Source: Phycisphaerales bacterium
GTDB taxonomy: Bacteria; Planctomycetota; Phycisphaerae; Phycisphaerales; UBA1924
Assembly (NCBI GenBank): GCA_965227775.1
Contig: OZ245777.1
Coordinates: 256,001-320,000 of the forward strand
Direction of reading: 5' to 3'
DNA: 64,000 nt
Below the pieces are notes generated by a model. That model searched no databases, was not told the DNA's origin, and worked only from the letters and a program-made list of their open reading frames with translations. Each line of letters opens with the position of its first letter. Position 1 is the stretch's first letter. Positions 46,599 to 57,021 of the stretch are shown piece after piece. Made by a program: the position numbers and the translations under genes.

Positions 46599-48191
46599 AT
46601 GCCAGAAGCCACACTTTTCCGACGCGGCGGCATCTTGAAGAACCTGCTGGTCGCGATGGCCGTCGTGCTCACCCTCGTGATCATCCTGGTCGCGCTCGAG
46701 GCATACGCAGGCGCGACCGCCCGGCCGACGATCGCCACCGACTACGGCCGCCAGCTCCACGACCTCGCCCTCGAACAACAACGCGCTCGCATGGGCGCTG
46801 AAGCCGCCGACAGTCTGAACCAACGGCCGGCGTTCGTCTCGGTCATGCAGGCCGTCCGCGAAGCCAACGAATGGCTCGACGAATACACGAACCAACTCAT
46901 GGACCAGGACGAGGGCCGCGAGGACGCGTACGACGACCCTTGGTTCTACTTCTCGCTCGACGTCATCTACGCTGTGCCGGACGAGGGCACGCCCGAGCAG
47001 TTCGAGCGCGCCCGCCAACGTGCGATCTACGCGCTCGAGGAGTGGGAACGCCGCGGCGTGTTCGATCGCAGCGCCGAACTGGTGGACATGCACCTCGTCG
47101 CGCGCGAGCCGGGCGACGGCCCGATGATCGACTTCCTCTTGCCCTACCTCGGTGTGGGCCGCCAGCTCGGCCGCGCACAATCCGCCCGCGCGCGTCTTGC
47201 CGCCGAACAGGGCGATCTCGAAACGCTCTACTGCGCGCTCGAAGAGACGTACGTCCTGGGCCGCCAGATCGCCAGCCAGGGCCTTCTCATCGACTGGTTG
47301 GTCGGCGCGGCGTTGCAGGCCCTGGGCCGCAGGATGCTGCTCGACAACCTCTTGCTCTATCCGGTGAATAACGACGCCTGGCTCGCGCGCGTCGACGCCA
47401 TGGTCCAGCGCGAGGCCATCGATCGCTACCCCCCCATCGGCGACTCCATCCGAGGCGAGCGGCTCTTCGCCTCCGACTTCACCCAGCACTGCTACACCGA
47501 CAACGGAAACGGCAACGGACGCTTGATCCCGGTGCTCTATGCCAAGCATATGGGCGACGATCCGCCCGAGTCCGGCAACCTGCTAACTCCATTCGGCGAC
47601 TCGCCGCTGTCCAACATCCACGGCCGCATCTTCTTCAGCCGTCGCGAGCTCGACGAGTGGATCGACGGCGCCCACGAGCTTGCCCATGACTGCGCCGAAG
47701 CAACCGGTGCCGCCGCCGTCGCCGCCGACAAGGCCTTCATCGCATACACCACCGCGGGCGACAACTGGCGCAACATCGCGTCGCCCATTGTCCCCAGCTT
47801 CCGCCGAACGATCATCACCGCCCGCGGCCAGCGCATCGAGGCGGCAGGCACCCGCGTCGTGCTGGCGATCGAGCGCTACCGGCTCCGCAACGACGGCGCC
47901 GTTCCGCAGTCCCTCGCCGAACTGGGCGACCTGCTGCCCGATTCGCTCCGCGCCGACCCATTAACCCTCAGTCCCTGGGACTATGAGCCCACGGCGCTAA
48001 CCGCGACCGACCGCGGCGATCCGCTGCTGCCGGGTGCACACGCATGGCCCTACACCCTCAGGAGCAAGCCGCTGGCCGGCGGCGAGAGCACTTCAACATA
48101 CCGCCACGCGCACAATGGCTTGCTCATCAACGAGCCCATCCAGGGACCCGACTACGAACAACCCTACGAGGAGCCCGCTGATGCGCCGTAA
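46599..48191 (+). CDS. Membrane-anchored hypothetical protein with C-terminal GspG-like motif (paralog 1)
   Basis: RRGG + TM N-terminus; LAIERYRLRNDGAVPQSLAELGDLLP...DP...WDY. Confidence 0.8.
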   Translation: MPEATLFRRGGILKNLLVAMAVVLTLVIILVALEAYAGATARPTIATDYGRQLHDLALEQQRARMGAEAADSLNQRPAFVSVMQAVREANEWLDEYTNQLMDQDEGREDAYDDPWFYFSLDVIYAVPDEGTPEQFERARQRAIYALEEWERRGVFDRSAELVDMHLVAREPGDGPMIDFLLPYLGVGRQLGRAQSARARLAAEQGDLETLYCALEETYVLGRQIASQGLLIDWLVGAALQALGRRMLLDNLLLYPVNNDAWLARVDAMVQREAIDRYPPIGDSIRGERLFASDFTQHCYTDNGNGNGRLIPVLYAKHMGDDPPESGNLLTPFGDSPLSNIHGRIFFSRRELDEWIDGAHELAHDCAEATGAAAVAADKAFIAYTTAGDNWRNIASPIVPSFRRTIITARGQRIEAAGTRVVLAIERYRLRNDGAVPQSLAELGDLLPDSLRADPLTLSPWDYEPTALTATDRGDPLLPGAHAWPYTLRSKPLAGGESTSTYRHAHNGLLINEPIQGPDYEQPYEEPADAP

Positions 48192-49746
48192 GCCTCACAA
48201 ACCCGTCTCCCGCCGCGGCGGCATCCTCGCCAAGCTGGTCATCAGCATCGCCATCGTCGTGCTGGTCATCGTCATCCTCGCGATCGCCGAGCTCCTCGCC
48301 GCCGTGAACGCGACTCCCAGCATCACCACCAACTACGGCCAGCGCATCCATGACCGCATCCTCGAACGCCAGCGCGACCTCCGCGGCGACGGACTCAACC
48401 AATGGCCACGTTTCGCAGAGATCATGGAGAAAGTCGAAGAGGGGCGAAACGACCTCACCAACCGCAACGAGACGTTCCAGCCTGTTGCCGATGACCCGTT
48501 CACGTACATTGACTTCTGGATCATCCGCGGACCCCGCGACGAACCGTCGGCCTACGGCGTTTCCGCCGTCGCCGGTCACTACGCGCGGGCGCGCCAGCGC
48601 GGCATCGAAGCGCTCGATCACTGGCACGACATCGGCGTCTTCGACGCATCCGCAGATCTGCCCGACCTCCACCGTATCGTCATGCCGGTCGACGAAGCCC
48701 CCGCCGTTGAGTCACCGATCGATGAACTGGGCCTATCCCGAGCCCTGGCCCGCGCACTCGTAGCGCGTATGCGCCTGGCTTCCGAATCTGGCGAACACGC
48801 CGAACGCGTGTTGGTGCTGGAACAGGGCGCCGCGCTCGCGCGCATCATGGCCGATAGCGGATCGCTCCTGGGATGGCTGACCGCATACGGCGTGGAGGCG
48901 TTGATGGTCGACTGCTTCCTGCATGACGTCTATCTCTTTCCCACGAACGACGCCTCCCTCGCCGCCGCCGACGCCGCGATCGAGCGGGAGCTCGCCGACG
49001 CCTACCCGACGCTCGCCGACGTCATGGCCAACGAACGCGACGCCGCGCTCGACCACGTGCAGCGCGTCTACACGGCAACGGGCCGCTTCATCCCCCTCGC
49101 CCACGCACGCCTGTGCTTCACCTACGACATCAGCGACGCCCCCGAAGAACTGCTGCCCCTGGGCGACTCCAAGTTCTCCAACATCCACTCGCGACTGTTC
49201 ATCGATCGCGACGCCGCGACGGCCTGGATCAACGAGGCCTACGACCTGGCCGACGCCGCCGCGACCGCGACCGCGACCGCGACCGGCACCGACGCCATCG
49301 CCGCCGACATCGCGCTCAACGCCCACTACACCGCGCCGACATGGCGCAATCCCGCCAAAGACATCGGGCTCGAGCCAAACCGCATCATCGAATCAGGCCG
49401 CCGCCGCAATATTCAGGTCGCCGGAGGGCGCGTCATGCTGGCCATCGAGCGCTACCGCCTCGCGCACGACGGCACCCCGCCCGCAACGCTCGCCGACCTC
49501 GGAGACCTGCTCCCCCAGACCCTCCGGACCGATCCCTTCACGGGCCAGCCATGGCTCTACGAGCCCACCGCGTCCACGACCGGCTGGAACAACAGGAGCC
49601 TCGATGCCCACGAGGTCGCGTGGCCCTACACCCTCGCGAGCCGCCCCCTCCCGGGATTCGAGACCGCGACGCCCAAGTTCTTCAACCACCCCGACACCGG
49701 CGTCCTCATCACGATGCCGATCGAACTGCCGATGGATCGGCGATAG
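48181..49746 (+). CDS. Membrane-anchored hypothetical protein with C-terminal GspG-like motif (paralog 2)
   Basis: RRGG + TM N-terminus; LAIERYRLAHDGTPPATLADLGDLLP...DPFTGQPWLY; colinear with the previous gene; GAGGAG SD. Confidence 0.8.
   Translation: MRRKPHKPVSRRGGILAKLVISIAIVVLVIVILAIAELLAAVNATPSITTNYGQRIHDRILERQRDLRGDGLNQWPRFAEIMEKVEEGRNDLTNRNETFQPVADDPFTYIDFWIIRGPRDEPSAYGVSAVAGHYARARQRGIEALDHWHDIGVFDASADLPDLHRIVMPVDEAPAVESPIDELGLSRALARALVARMRLASESGEHAERVLVLEQGAALARIMADSGSLLGWLTAYGVEALMVDCFLHDVYLFPTNDASLAAADAAIERELADAYPTLADVMANERDAALDHVQRVYTATGRFIPLAHARLCFTYDISDAPEELLPLGDSKFSNIHSRLFIDRDAATAWINEAYDLADAAATATATATGTDAIAADIALNAHYTAPTWRNPAKDIGLEPNRIIESGRRRNIQVAGGRVMLAIERYRLAHDGTPPATLADLGDLLPQTLRTDPFTGQPWLYEPTASTTGWNNRSLDAHEVAWPYTLASRPLPGFETATPKFFNHPDTGVLITMPIELPMDRR
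49261..49284 (+). repeat. (GCGACC)4 in-frame tandem repeat
   Basis: Four exact hexamers encoding ATATATAT. Confidence 0.9.
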
Positions 49747-49830
49747 TGTGATCGATCCCGCTCGATCCGAGCCTGCGTGACCAAACCTCCTCCGTTCGCG
49801 AGCACGCACCCGCCGCCCCTACCCTCCCTC

Positions 49831-51609
49831 ATGCGCACGCTCCTGGCCCTGCTCGTGCTCGCCCTCCCCGCGTTCTCGCAAGACGCTCCACCAACCGGCC
49901 AGCCCGCCTTTGACGCCTTTGCGCGCGCCAGGGCCATCGTGTTTGGCCAAGAGCTTCGCGAGACCGAGCTGCCATCAACTTGGGGTGTCGCCGTCACGGT
50001 GCGCGAGGACGGCCGCCGCTTCATCGCCGACGCGTTGGCCTTTGATCGCCCCCGCGCAGCACTCATCGACGCGGTCGCCCGCGAGGTCCGCTCGCCGACC
50101 TCTGACGCCGCCCGCCTCACCGTCGAACTCGCCGGCCGGCCCTCGGCGATCGAAGGCGAGCGCGGCTTGGCCGACGTTGCGCTCGCGATCCGCCCTGGAC
50201 TCGATGCCGTCGCCGTGCGCGCGGGCGATGCGATCGCCGTCGTGTTTCCCGACGCCGCACTCGCCGGCGGCATGCTCCCCAGCGACATGATCGCCGACGC
50301 CCTGCGCGAAGCGTTGGGCGGCGACCTGCCCGCGACCATCGAGCCCGGCCCCGGCGCCTGGACGCGCTACGCCGACGCGGCGCTCCGCCAGGGCGAGATC
50401 GCCGTATACCGCGCTCCCGTCACCGTGCTCGCCCAGCCACCCGACGCGGTTGCCCCCACGCTTGTCTATCGAGGCGGCCGGGTCGTTGGCCTCATGGAGC
50501 TCACGCCATCGGCCCTGGTCGACTGGGCCGGCGACATGGCAAGCCACCTGCAGCGCCGCCGCCACGCCGGTCTCGAGCCCTATGGCCTGACCGGCACGCC
50601 CGACGCGCGCACCGGCCGCACCCTCGCACCGATCGACGAACCTTTCAACCAGGCCCTGGCCGCCCACGCGTTGCTGCGCTACGGCACGTCGACGTGGACG
50701 CCAGAAGATGACGCCGAACGGGCGCGCACCACCGGCCTCGTCCTCCTCCGCCAGCTCGCGCTCGTCACGCCCGTTCGGATCGGCGCCATGGCCGATCTGG
50801 GCGACGAGGCGCCGCTCGAGCCCGAGCCCTGGGCCGACGTGGCCTCGGCAGCCATGGTCCTCGTCGCCATGGAGTCGCTCGAGCCCGACGCGTTCGAGGC
50901 GTACCCCGAGCTGGCCGCCATGCGCGACCGCTGCGCCGCGGTGGTGCGCCCGCGCGTGGGCATCTCCATCACCGGCTCGGCTGTGTTCGATCCGCAGACG
51001 CCCGCGACTGCGTACGCCCTCGTCGCGCGCGCGATGGTGGCGCTCGGCAATTCCGACGTTGCCGAGCGCGACGACGCCGAAATCGGCCGCGCCGCCGCCC
51101 GCGCGATCCTCTCCCGCGTCGAGCCCGAGCTGCTCGTCGCGCAGATGCCCTGGGCCCTCACCGCGCTCGGCCCCGTCCAGCAACTTGCCAGCGCCGACGC
51201 GCTCCAGCAGATGCGCACGCTGGTGTGGGGCCACCAGCTCGAGGGCCCAAGCGTCGAGGGAGACAACCGCGACCTGGAGGGCGGCATCGTCTTCACCCGC
51301 GGCGGCACCCCGCTCCCCACATGGCAGACCGCGCGGGCCGCGTCCGCCATGGGCGCCCTGCTGCTCGACGAGCGCCTGACCACCCCAAACGAGCGGGCCG
51401 GCGAGTTCCTGAAACTGCTCCGAACGCTGCGGTTCCTGCGGCAGCTGACCGTCGATGACGGCCTCGCCCACCTGCTTGCCGACCCAGCCCAGGCAGCCGG
51501 CGGCGTGCGGGCTGCGCCGTGGGATCAACGCCAACCGTCGGTCGCAACCAGCCTCACGCTCCTGGCCGTTTGCGACGCCTTAGACGCGGCCTACCAGCCC
51601 ACTCGCTAG
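49831..51609 (+). CDS. Exported hypothetical protein, possible AMMECR1-like domain plus alpha-helical barrel
   Basis: Signal peptide AFS|QD; IRPGLDAVAVRAGDAIAVVFP recalls AMMECR1-domain proteins; helical C-terminal half. The domain call is tentative. Confidence 0.65.
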   Translation: MRTLLALLVLALPAFSQDAPPTGQPAFDAFARARAIVFGQELRETELPSTWGVAVTVREDGRRFIADALAFDRPRAALIDAVAREVRSPTSDAARLTVELAGRPSAIEGERGLADVALAIRPGLDAVAVRAGDAIAVVFPDAALAGGMLPSDMIADALREALGGDLPATIEPGPGAWTRYADAALRQGEIAVYRAPVTVLAQPPDAVAPTLVYRGGRVVGLMELTPSALVDWAGDMASHLQRRRHAGLEPYGLTGTPDARTGRTLAPIDEPFNQALAAHALLRYGTSTWTPEDDAERARTTGLVLLRQLALVTPVRIGAMADLGDEAPLEPEPWADVASAAMVLVAMESLEPDAFEAYPELAAMRDRCAAVVRPRVGISITGSAVFDPQTPATAYALVARAMVALGNSDVAERDDAEIGRAAARAILSRVEPELLVAQMPWALTALGPVQQLASADALQQMRTLVWGHQLEGPSVEGDNRDLEGGIVFTRGGTPLPTWQTARAASAMGALLLDERLTTPNERAGEFLKLLRTLRFLRQLTVDDGLAHLLADPAQAAGGVRAAPWDQRQPSVATSLTLLAVCDALDAAYQPTR

Positions 51610-51722
51610 AGCCAAGATCAGGGGTTTTCGAGCCCGGACCGACCTACAATCTGCTTCGCCAAAATGGCCCGTATGCGGGGCCTTTGTTTGGTGCTCTTTG
51701 ATCGGTTCTGGAGGACTGCCGC

Positions 51723-54473
51723 TTGGCCGACGAGCATGATCAGGCTGGAATTTCGGACGACGGCGACCAGGGCGATTCATCGCAGGCGCCGGTCATCGGC
51801 GGCGGCCGAATCGTCGACCTCGAGATCGACCGCGAACTCCAGGAGAGTTACCTCACCTACGCCATGAGCACCATCATGGACCGGGCCCTGCCCGACGTCC
51901 GCGATGGGCTCAAGCCCAGCCAGCGACGCATCCTCGTCGCGATGAATGACAACAACCTCAAGCCTGGGCGCAAGCACCTCAAGTGCGCCAAGATCGCCGG
52001 CGACACGAGCGGCAACTACCACCCCCACGGCGAGAGCGTCATCTACCCCACCCTTGTCGGCCTTGCCCAGAAGTGGCGCATGCGCGTGCCGCTGATCGAT
52101 CCTCAGGGCAACTTCGGCTCCATCGAGGGCGACCCGCCCGCGGCCATGCGATACACCGAAGCCCGCATGCACCACGCGGCCGTCGACATGCTCCAGGACA
52201 TGGACCTGAGCACGGTCGACATGCAGCCCAACTATGACGACCGCCTGCTCGAGCCGAAGGTCCTGCCGGGCCGCTTTCCGAACCTGCTCGTCAACGGCTC
52301 GCTCGGCATCGCCGTCGGCATGGCGACGAGCATGCCGCCGCACAATCCCAGCGAGATCCTCGACGCCATCACGCGCGTCGTCGACAAGCCCGAGATCGAC
52401 CTCATCGAGCTGATGCAGGACGAGCTAGACGCTGACGGCAACGTCACGCGGCTGGGCGTGAAGGGCCCAGACTTTCCCACCGGCGGCGTCATCGTCGGCC
52501 GGCGCGGCATCGGCGAGGCGTACGCAAACGGTCGCGGCAAGGTTTACCTGCGCGGCGTGTGCCACGTCGAGGAACTGAACAAGGACCGCCAGCAGCTCGT
52601 CATCGACGAGATTCCCTACAACCTCAGCCAGCGCAACCTGGTGGAGAAGATCGTCGAGGCCGTCCAAGACGAGCGCATCAAGGACATCAGCGACATCCGC
52701 AACGAGAGTGGCCGCCAGGCCATGACCCGCGTGGTCATTGAGCTCAAGCGCGGCGCCGACCCGGCCGTGGTCGAGAACCAGCTGTACCAGTTCACACCGC
52801 TGCAGCAGACGTTCAGCATCATCAACATCGCGCTGGTCGGCCGGCGCCCGGTCACGCTCGGGCTCAAGGAGCTCATCGAGCACTACATCGACCACCGTGT
52901 CGAGGTCATCCGCCGCCGCACCGAGCACCTGCTGCGCGAGGCCCGGCGCAAGGCCCACCTTCTCGAGGGCCAGATCTACGCCGTCATCGACATCGACGAG
53001 ATCGTCAAGCTCATCCGCGGCAGCTCGACGCGCGAGGAAGCGATCCAGAAGCTCATGGATCGCCGCTACCGAATCCCGCCCGAGCACCCGGCCGCCAAGC
53101 AGATCCCACAGCGCCTGCTCGACCACGTGGCGAAGTTCGACGATCTCGGCGGCGTCGCACTCACGCGTCACCAGGCCGAGCAGATCGGCTCGATGCGCCT
53201 CATCCAGTTGGTGGGGCTCGAGATCGAGCGCCTCGTCGACGAGTACACCAAGCTGGTCGGCGAGATCGAAGACTACGAGGAGATCCTCGCCAGCCGCCCG
53301 CGCGTGCTGCAGATCATCCGCGAGGACTGCGAGGCCATGAAGGCCCGCTACGGCGACGACCGCCGCACCGCCATCGAAGACGCCGTGGGCGAGATCGACA
53401 TGGAGTCGCTCATCCGTGAGCACGACGTGGTGGTCACCATCAGCCGCGGCGGCTACGCCAAGCGTGTACCCGCCGAGACCTACCGCGCTCAGGCGCGCGG
53501 CGGCAAGGGCATCCGCGCCGGCACAAGCAAGGATGAGGACTTCGTCCAACACCTGTTCGTCGCAAGCACGCACGACCACCTGCTGTGCTTCACCAACACG
53601 GGCCGCGTTTTCAAGATGAAAGTCTACGAGCTGCCCGAGATGGCCCGCACCGCCAAGGGCCGTGCAATCGTCAACCTGCTCGACCTGAAGGAAGGCGAGA
53701 AGGTCTGGGCCTTCCTGACCATCAAGGACTTCGAGGCCAACAGCCAGTTCCTGACGTTCGCAACGCGTGGCGGCATCGTGAAGCGCACGCCCTTGCGGGC
53801 CTACCGCAACGTCAATCGATCGGGCCTCATCGCCGTGGGGCTGAAGGAGGGCGACGAGCTCTACGACGTCGCACTGACCAACGGCAACGACGACATCCTG
53901 CTGGTCACGAGCAACGGCATGGCCATCCGATTCGCCGAAGACGACGTCCGCGTCATGGGCCGCTCGGCCGCCGGCGTGAAGGGCATCGACCTCGGCGAGA
54001 GCGCACGGGTCATCGGTCTGGTTGCCATCCCGATGGTCGAAGACGACGACGGCGATCTCATGACCGCGCCGGAGGCAACCGAGCGCAACCTCTGCCTGCT
54101 CACCGTGACCGAGACCGGCTACGGCAAGCGAACGCCTGTCGACGAGTACCGCGTCCAGCCCGAGACCGGCAAGCCCCGCAGCCAGAGCCGCGGCGGCAAG
54201 GGACGACGCGACATCGCCACCGGAGACCGCAACGGTGACGCCGTCACCGCCGTCGGGCTCTTCGACGGCGAAGAGATCATGGTCATCTCCCGCAGTGGCC
54301 AGCTTGTGCGCATGGCCGGCGAGAGCATCCGCGAGACCAACCGCGGCACGAAGGGCGTCCGCGTCGTCAAGCTCAACGCCGGCGACGATGTCATCGCCGT
54401 CGCGCCGGTGGCCGAGAGTGACGCCGAAGTGTCCGCCGAGTCGTCGGACGAAGGAGACGGGGCCGAGTCATGA
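51723..54473 (+). CDS. gyrA: DNA gyrase subunit A
   Basis: [35 protein letters not shown], GyrA-box QARGGKG; TTG start after GGAGG. Confidence 0.97.
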   Translation: MADEHDQAGISDDGDQGDSSQAPVIGGGRIVDLEIDRELQESYLTYAMSTIMDRALPDVRDGLKPSQRRILVAMNDNNLKPGRKHLKCAKIAGDTSGNYHPHGESVIYPTLVGLAQKWRMRVPLIDPQGNFGSIEGDPPAAMRYTEARMHHAAVDMLQDMDLSTVDMQPNYDDRLLEPKVLPGRFPNLLVNGSLGIAVGMATSMPPHNPSEILDAITRVVDKPEIDLIELMQDELDADGNVTRLGVKGPDFPTGGVIVGRRGIGEAYANGRGKVYLRGVCHVEELNKDRQQLVIDEIPYNLSQRNLVEKIVEAVQDERIKDISDIRNESGRQAMTRVVIELKRGADPAVVENQLYQFTPLQQTFSIINIALVGRRPVTLGLKELIEHYIDHRVEVIRRRTEHLLREARRKAHLLEGQIYAVIDIDEIVKLIRGSSTREEAIQKLMDRRYRIPPEHPAAKQIPQRLLDHVAKFDDLGGVALTRHQAEQIGSMRLIQLVGLEIERLVDEYTKLVGEIEDYEEILASRPRVLQIIREDCEAMKARYGDDRRTAIEDAVGEIDMESLIREHDVVVTISRGGYAKRVPAETYRAQARGGKGIRAGTSKDEDFVQHLFVASTHDHLLCFTNTGRVFKMKVYELPEMARTAKGRAIVNLLDLKEGEKVWAFLTIKDFEANSQFLTFATRGGIVKRTPLRAYRNVNRSGLIAVGLKEGDELYDVALTNGNDDILLVTSNGMAIRFAEDDVRVMGRSAAGVKGIDLGESARVIGLVAIPMVEDDDGDLMTAPEATERNLCLLTVTETGYGKRTPVDEYRVQPETGKPRSQSRGGKGRRDIATGDRNGDAVTAVGLFDGEEIMVISRSGQLVRMAGESIRETNRGTKGVRVVKLNAGDDVIAVAPVAESDAEVSAESSDEGDGAES

Positions 54474-54832
54474 CCACCGATTGGTCGGACGACATCGTGC
54501 TGGCCAATCTGGCAGACGAGCCCGCGCTCAGCGACGAGCTTGGTACCATCCTCGTGCGCATCAATGGGCTCGAGGGCTCAGACGCGATGCCGAACGTCGT
54601 GCTCGATTTCTCGAACGTCACCTACATCAACAGCTCCAACATCGCCCAGCTGCTGCAGCTGCGCCAGGCGCTCGAGCCGGCCCGCCGCCACCTCCGCCTC
54701 GTCAGCGTGGGGGGAGACGTGCTCGAAGTCATGCGCACCACGGGCCTCGATCGCGTGCTGCAGTTCTCGCCCGACATGCTCACCGCGCTCGCGAGCGTGC
54801 AGATGGACGGATCGACGGGCGACCAGACCTAG
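54470..54832 (+). CDS. STAS-domain anti-sigma-factor antagonist
   Basis: VVLDFSNVTYINSSNIAQL...EVMRTTGLDRV; ATGA coupling to gyrA. Confidence 0.9.
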   Translation: MTTDWSDDIVLANLADEPALSDELGTILVRINGLEGSDAMPNVVLDFSNVTYINSSNIAQLLQLRQALEPARRHLRLVSVGGDVLEVMRTTGLDRVLQFSPDMLTALASVQMDGSTGDQT

Positions 54833-54866
54833 GGCTACCCAAGAACAACACGACGGAGATCACGGC

Positions 54867-55820
54867 ATGAAGCTCCTCCTCAAGATCCTCGCCATCGCGA
54901 TCGTGCCGCTCATCGGCCTCCTCGTCCTGGCCATCGTGCTGGCGTGGGTCTACGTCGACAGCCTGGCCGAGCGCGGCGTCGAGCGTGGCGCGACGTACGC
55001 CCTCGACGTCGACACCCAGCTCGACTCGGCAGACATTGGCATCACCAGCGGCAGCGTCGAGCTCTCGGGCCTCTCGGTCGACAATCCCGAAGGGTTCGAT
55101 GCCGATCACTTCCTGACGCTCAGCAACGCCAGCATGAGCGTGTCGCTCAACTCGCTTATGGAAGACACCGTCGAGGTGCCCAGCCTCGTCCTCAGCGGCA
55201 TCGAGCTGCGACTCGAGCGCACCACCGAGGGCGCGAACTACCGCGTCATCATGGACAACCTCGGTCGCTTCGAGGGCGGCGAGCAGAAGGCCCCCGATCC
55301 CGACGCGAAGAAGTTCGTCATCCGCACCATCGCCGTCCGCGACGTCACCATCCACGCCGACGTGGTGCCCATCGGCGGGGCAATCGGCGACCTGACCAGC
55401 GCCAAGCTCTCTGTCGACGAGGTCGTGCTTCGCGACGTCGGCTCGGGTGGCGAGCCGATGTCGATCGCCGAGATCACCACCGTCGTGCTCAAGGCCATCC
55501 TCGCCTCGGCCATCGAGGTCGGCGGCGGCGTCATCCCCGAAGACGTGCTGGGCGAGTTGAGCGATCAGCTCGGCTCGCTGCTCGATCTGGGCGAGATGGG
55601 CGTCGGCACGATCGAAGGCCTCGGCGAAGCAGCGGCCGACCTGCTGGGTGTCGACGTGGACGCGGCCGTCGGCGACGCGGCGGACACCGTGGGTGAGGCG
55701 ATCGAGGGCACGGGCGAAGCCATCCAGGAAGAGGCCGAGCGCGCCCGCGAACGCCTCGGCGGCCTGCTGCCCGGCCAGAAGAAGCAAGAGCCCGAAGAGC
55801 AGCCAAGGGACCCGGGCTGA
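54867..55820 (+). CDS. AsmA/DUF748-like membrane-anchored protein
   Basis: N-terminal TM, then GSVELSGLSVDNPEGF...SLNSLMEDTVEVPSLVLSGIELRLER typical of AsmA-like N-termini. Confidence 0.75.
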   Translation: MKLLLKILAIAIVPLIGLLVLAIVLAWVYVDSLAERGVERGATYALDVDTQLDSADIGITSGSVELSGLSVDNPEGFDADHFLTLSNASMSVSLNSLMEDTVEVPSLVLSGIELRLERTTEGANYRVIMDNLGRFEGGEQKAPDPDAKKFVIRTIAVRDVTIHADVVPIGGAIGDLTSAKLSVDEVVLRDVGSGGEPMSIAEITTVVLKAILASAIEVGGGVIPEDVLGELSDQLGSLLDLGEMGVGTIEGLGEAAADLLGVDVDAAVGDAADTVGEAIEGTGEAIQEEAERARERLGGLLPGQKKQEPEEQPRDPG

Positions 55821-55829
55821 TCCGTCTGC

Positions 55830-56933
55830 CTACCTCGGCTGAGACTTGAACTCGCGCTGGTCGGCCAACCGGTCCGCCAGCTTCGAAGCGCCGGCGTGGC
55901 CCGCTTCCTTCGCACGCCTGGCGTACGCCAGCGCCGTCGGTCGGTCCTCGGCGCGATCCAGCCACACGGCCGCCTCGAACGCAAGCTCGGGGTCCTTGGG
56001 CTTCGCGTCCGACGCCGCGCGGTAGAGCTGCGCTGCTTCGATCGGCTGCCGAAGCATGCCGTAGCACTCGCCAGCAAGCCGCAGCACGGGTTTGGTCTGC
56101 ATCGCGCCCGGCGAGAGCGAGTTGATGACCACCACCGCCTTCGAGGCGTCGCCCATGCGCTTGAGCGCCCGGGCCTGGATGATCTTCCACGCGTCGCTCT
56201 CGGGGTCGTGGTGCCGCGCCCGGCCCGCGTGCTGCATCGCCATCTCGGCCTTGTTCTCGCGCAGCGCGATCTCGGCCAGCATGCCCCAGATGCGCGGGTC
56301 ATCGGGCGACGCATGCCGCGCCCGAGCCAGCGCCGCGGTCGCCGGGGCGTAGTTGCCCGCTTCCAATTCGGCCTGCCCCAGGAAGAGCGCGTACTGCGGA
56401 TTCGACGGCTCGGACTCGTGCGCCAACCGGAGGTGGGCGATCGCCTCGGTCTGCCGCCCGAGGCGCGAGGCCAGCGTGCCCGCCGCGAAGTGCAGCTGCG
56501 GATCGGTCCGGCCCAGCGTGATGGCCTGGGAGAACTGGTCGTACGCCGCCTCGTCGTCCTCGATCGCCAGGTACGCCTGTGCGAGCGCGACTCGTAGCTC
56601 GCGATCGCGGTCGGCGCGGGCCACCATCGGTTCGAGCACGGCAAGCGCCATCGAGGGCTCTCCGTCTGCGATGTACGTCTGGGCCTGCTCCAATGCGACC
56701 GTGATGTCCGCCGACTTGGGAGGGCTGCCCATGGACGCCGCGGCGGCCGAACTCGGCGACGGCTTGGCCCCTTGCCAGAAAATGGCCAGCGCCACGACCA
56801 GCCCGATCGAGAGCACCCCCACCGCAAGCGTGCCGACGCCCAGCCCCTTGCGGGGCGGCTCCTCGGACTCGTATCCGGGGAATCGAGATGGCAGCCGGTC
56901 CAGGGCGAGCCTGGCCTCTTCACGCGGTGTCAT
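55830..56933 (-). CDS. Membrane-anchored TPR-repeat protein
   Basis: One TM segment followed by about 7-8 TPR-like repeats. Confidence 0.85.
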   Translation of the reverse strand: MTPREEARLALDRLPSRFPGYESEEPPRKGLGVGTLAVGVLSIGLVVALAIFWQGAKPSPSSAAAASMGSPPKSADITVALEQAQTYIADGEPSMALAVLEPMVARADRDRELRVALAQAYLAIEDDEAAYDQFSQAITLGRTDPQLHFAAGTLASRLGRQTEAIAHLRLAHESEPSNPQYALFLGQAELEAGNYAPATAALARARHASPDDPRIWGMLAEIALRENKAEMAMQHAGRARHHDPESDAWKIIQARALKRMGDASKAVVVINSLSPGAMQTKPVLRLAGECYGMLRQPIEAAQLYRAASDAKPKDPELAFEAAVWLDRAEDRPTALAYARRAKEAGHAGASKLADRLADQREFKSQPR

Positions 56934-56942
56934 TACTCACAA

Positions 56943-56969
56943 CTATCGGCTTGCTACACTCGCTTTTCA
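56943..56969 (-). promoter_or_regulatory. Sigma28-like promoter of the TPR gene
   Basis: TGAA-N15-GCCGATAG on the minus strand, ending 9 nt before ATG 56933. Confidence 0.5.
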
Positions 56970-57021
56970 TCCCCTCCAGCCCGGATAACTGCCGGCAGAC
57001 CAACGCCCGGCCCCTTCGACC

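Noticed and set aside
54145..54205. Second GyrA-box-like QSRGGKG
   Set aside because: Similar motifs recur in other blades of GyrA C-terminal domains; only a short insertion differs.
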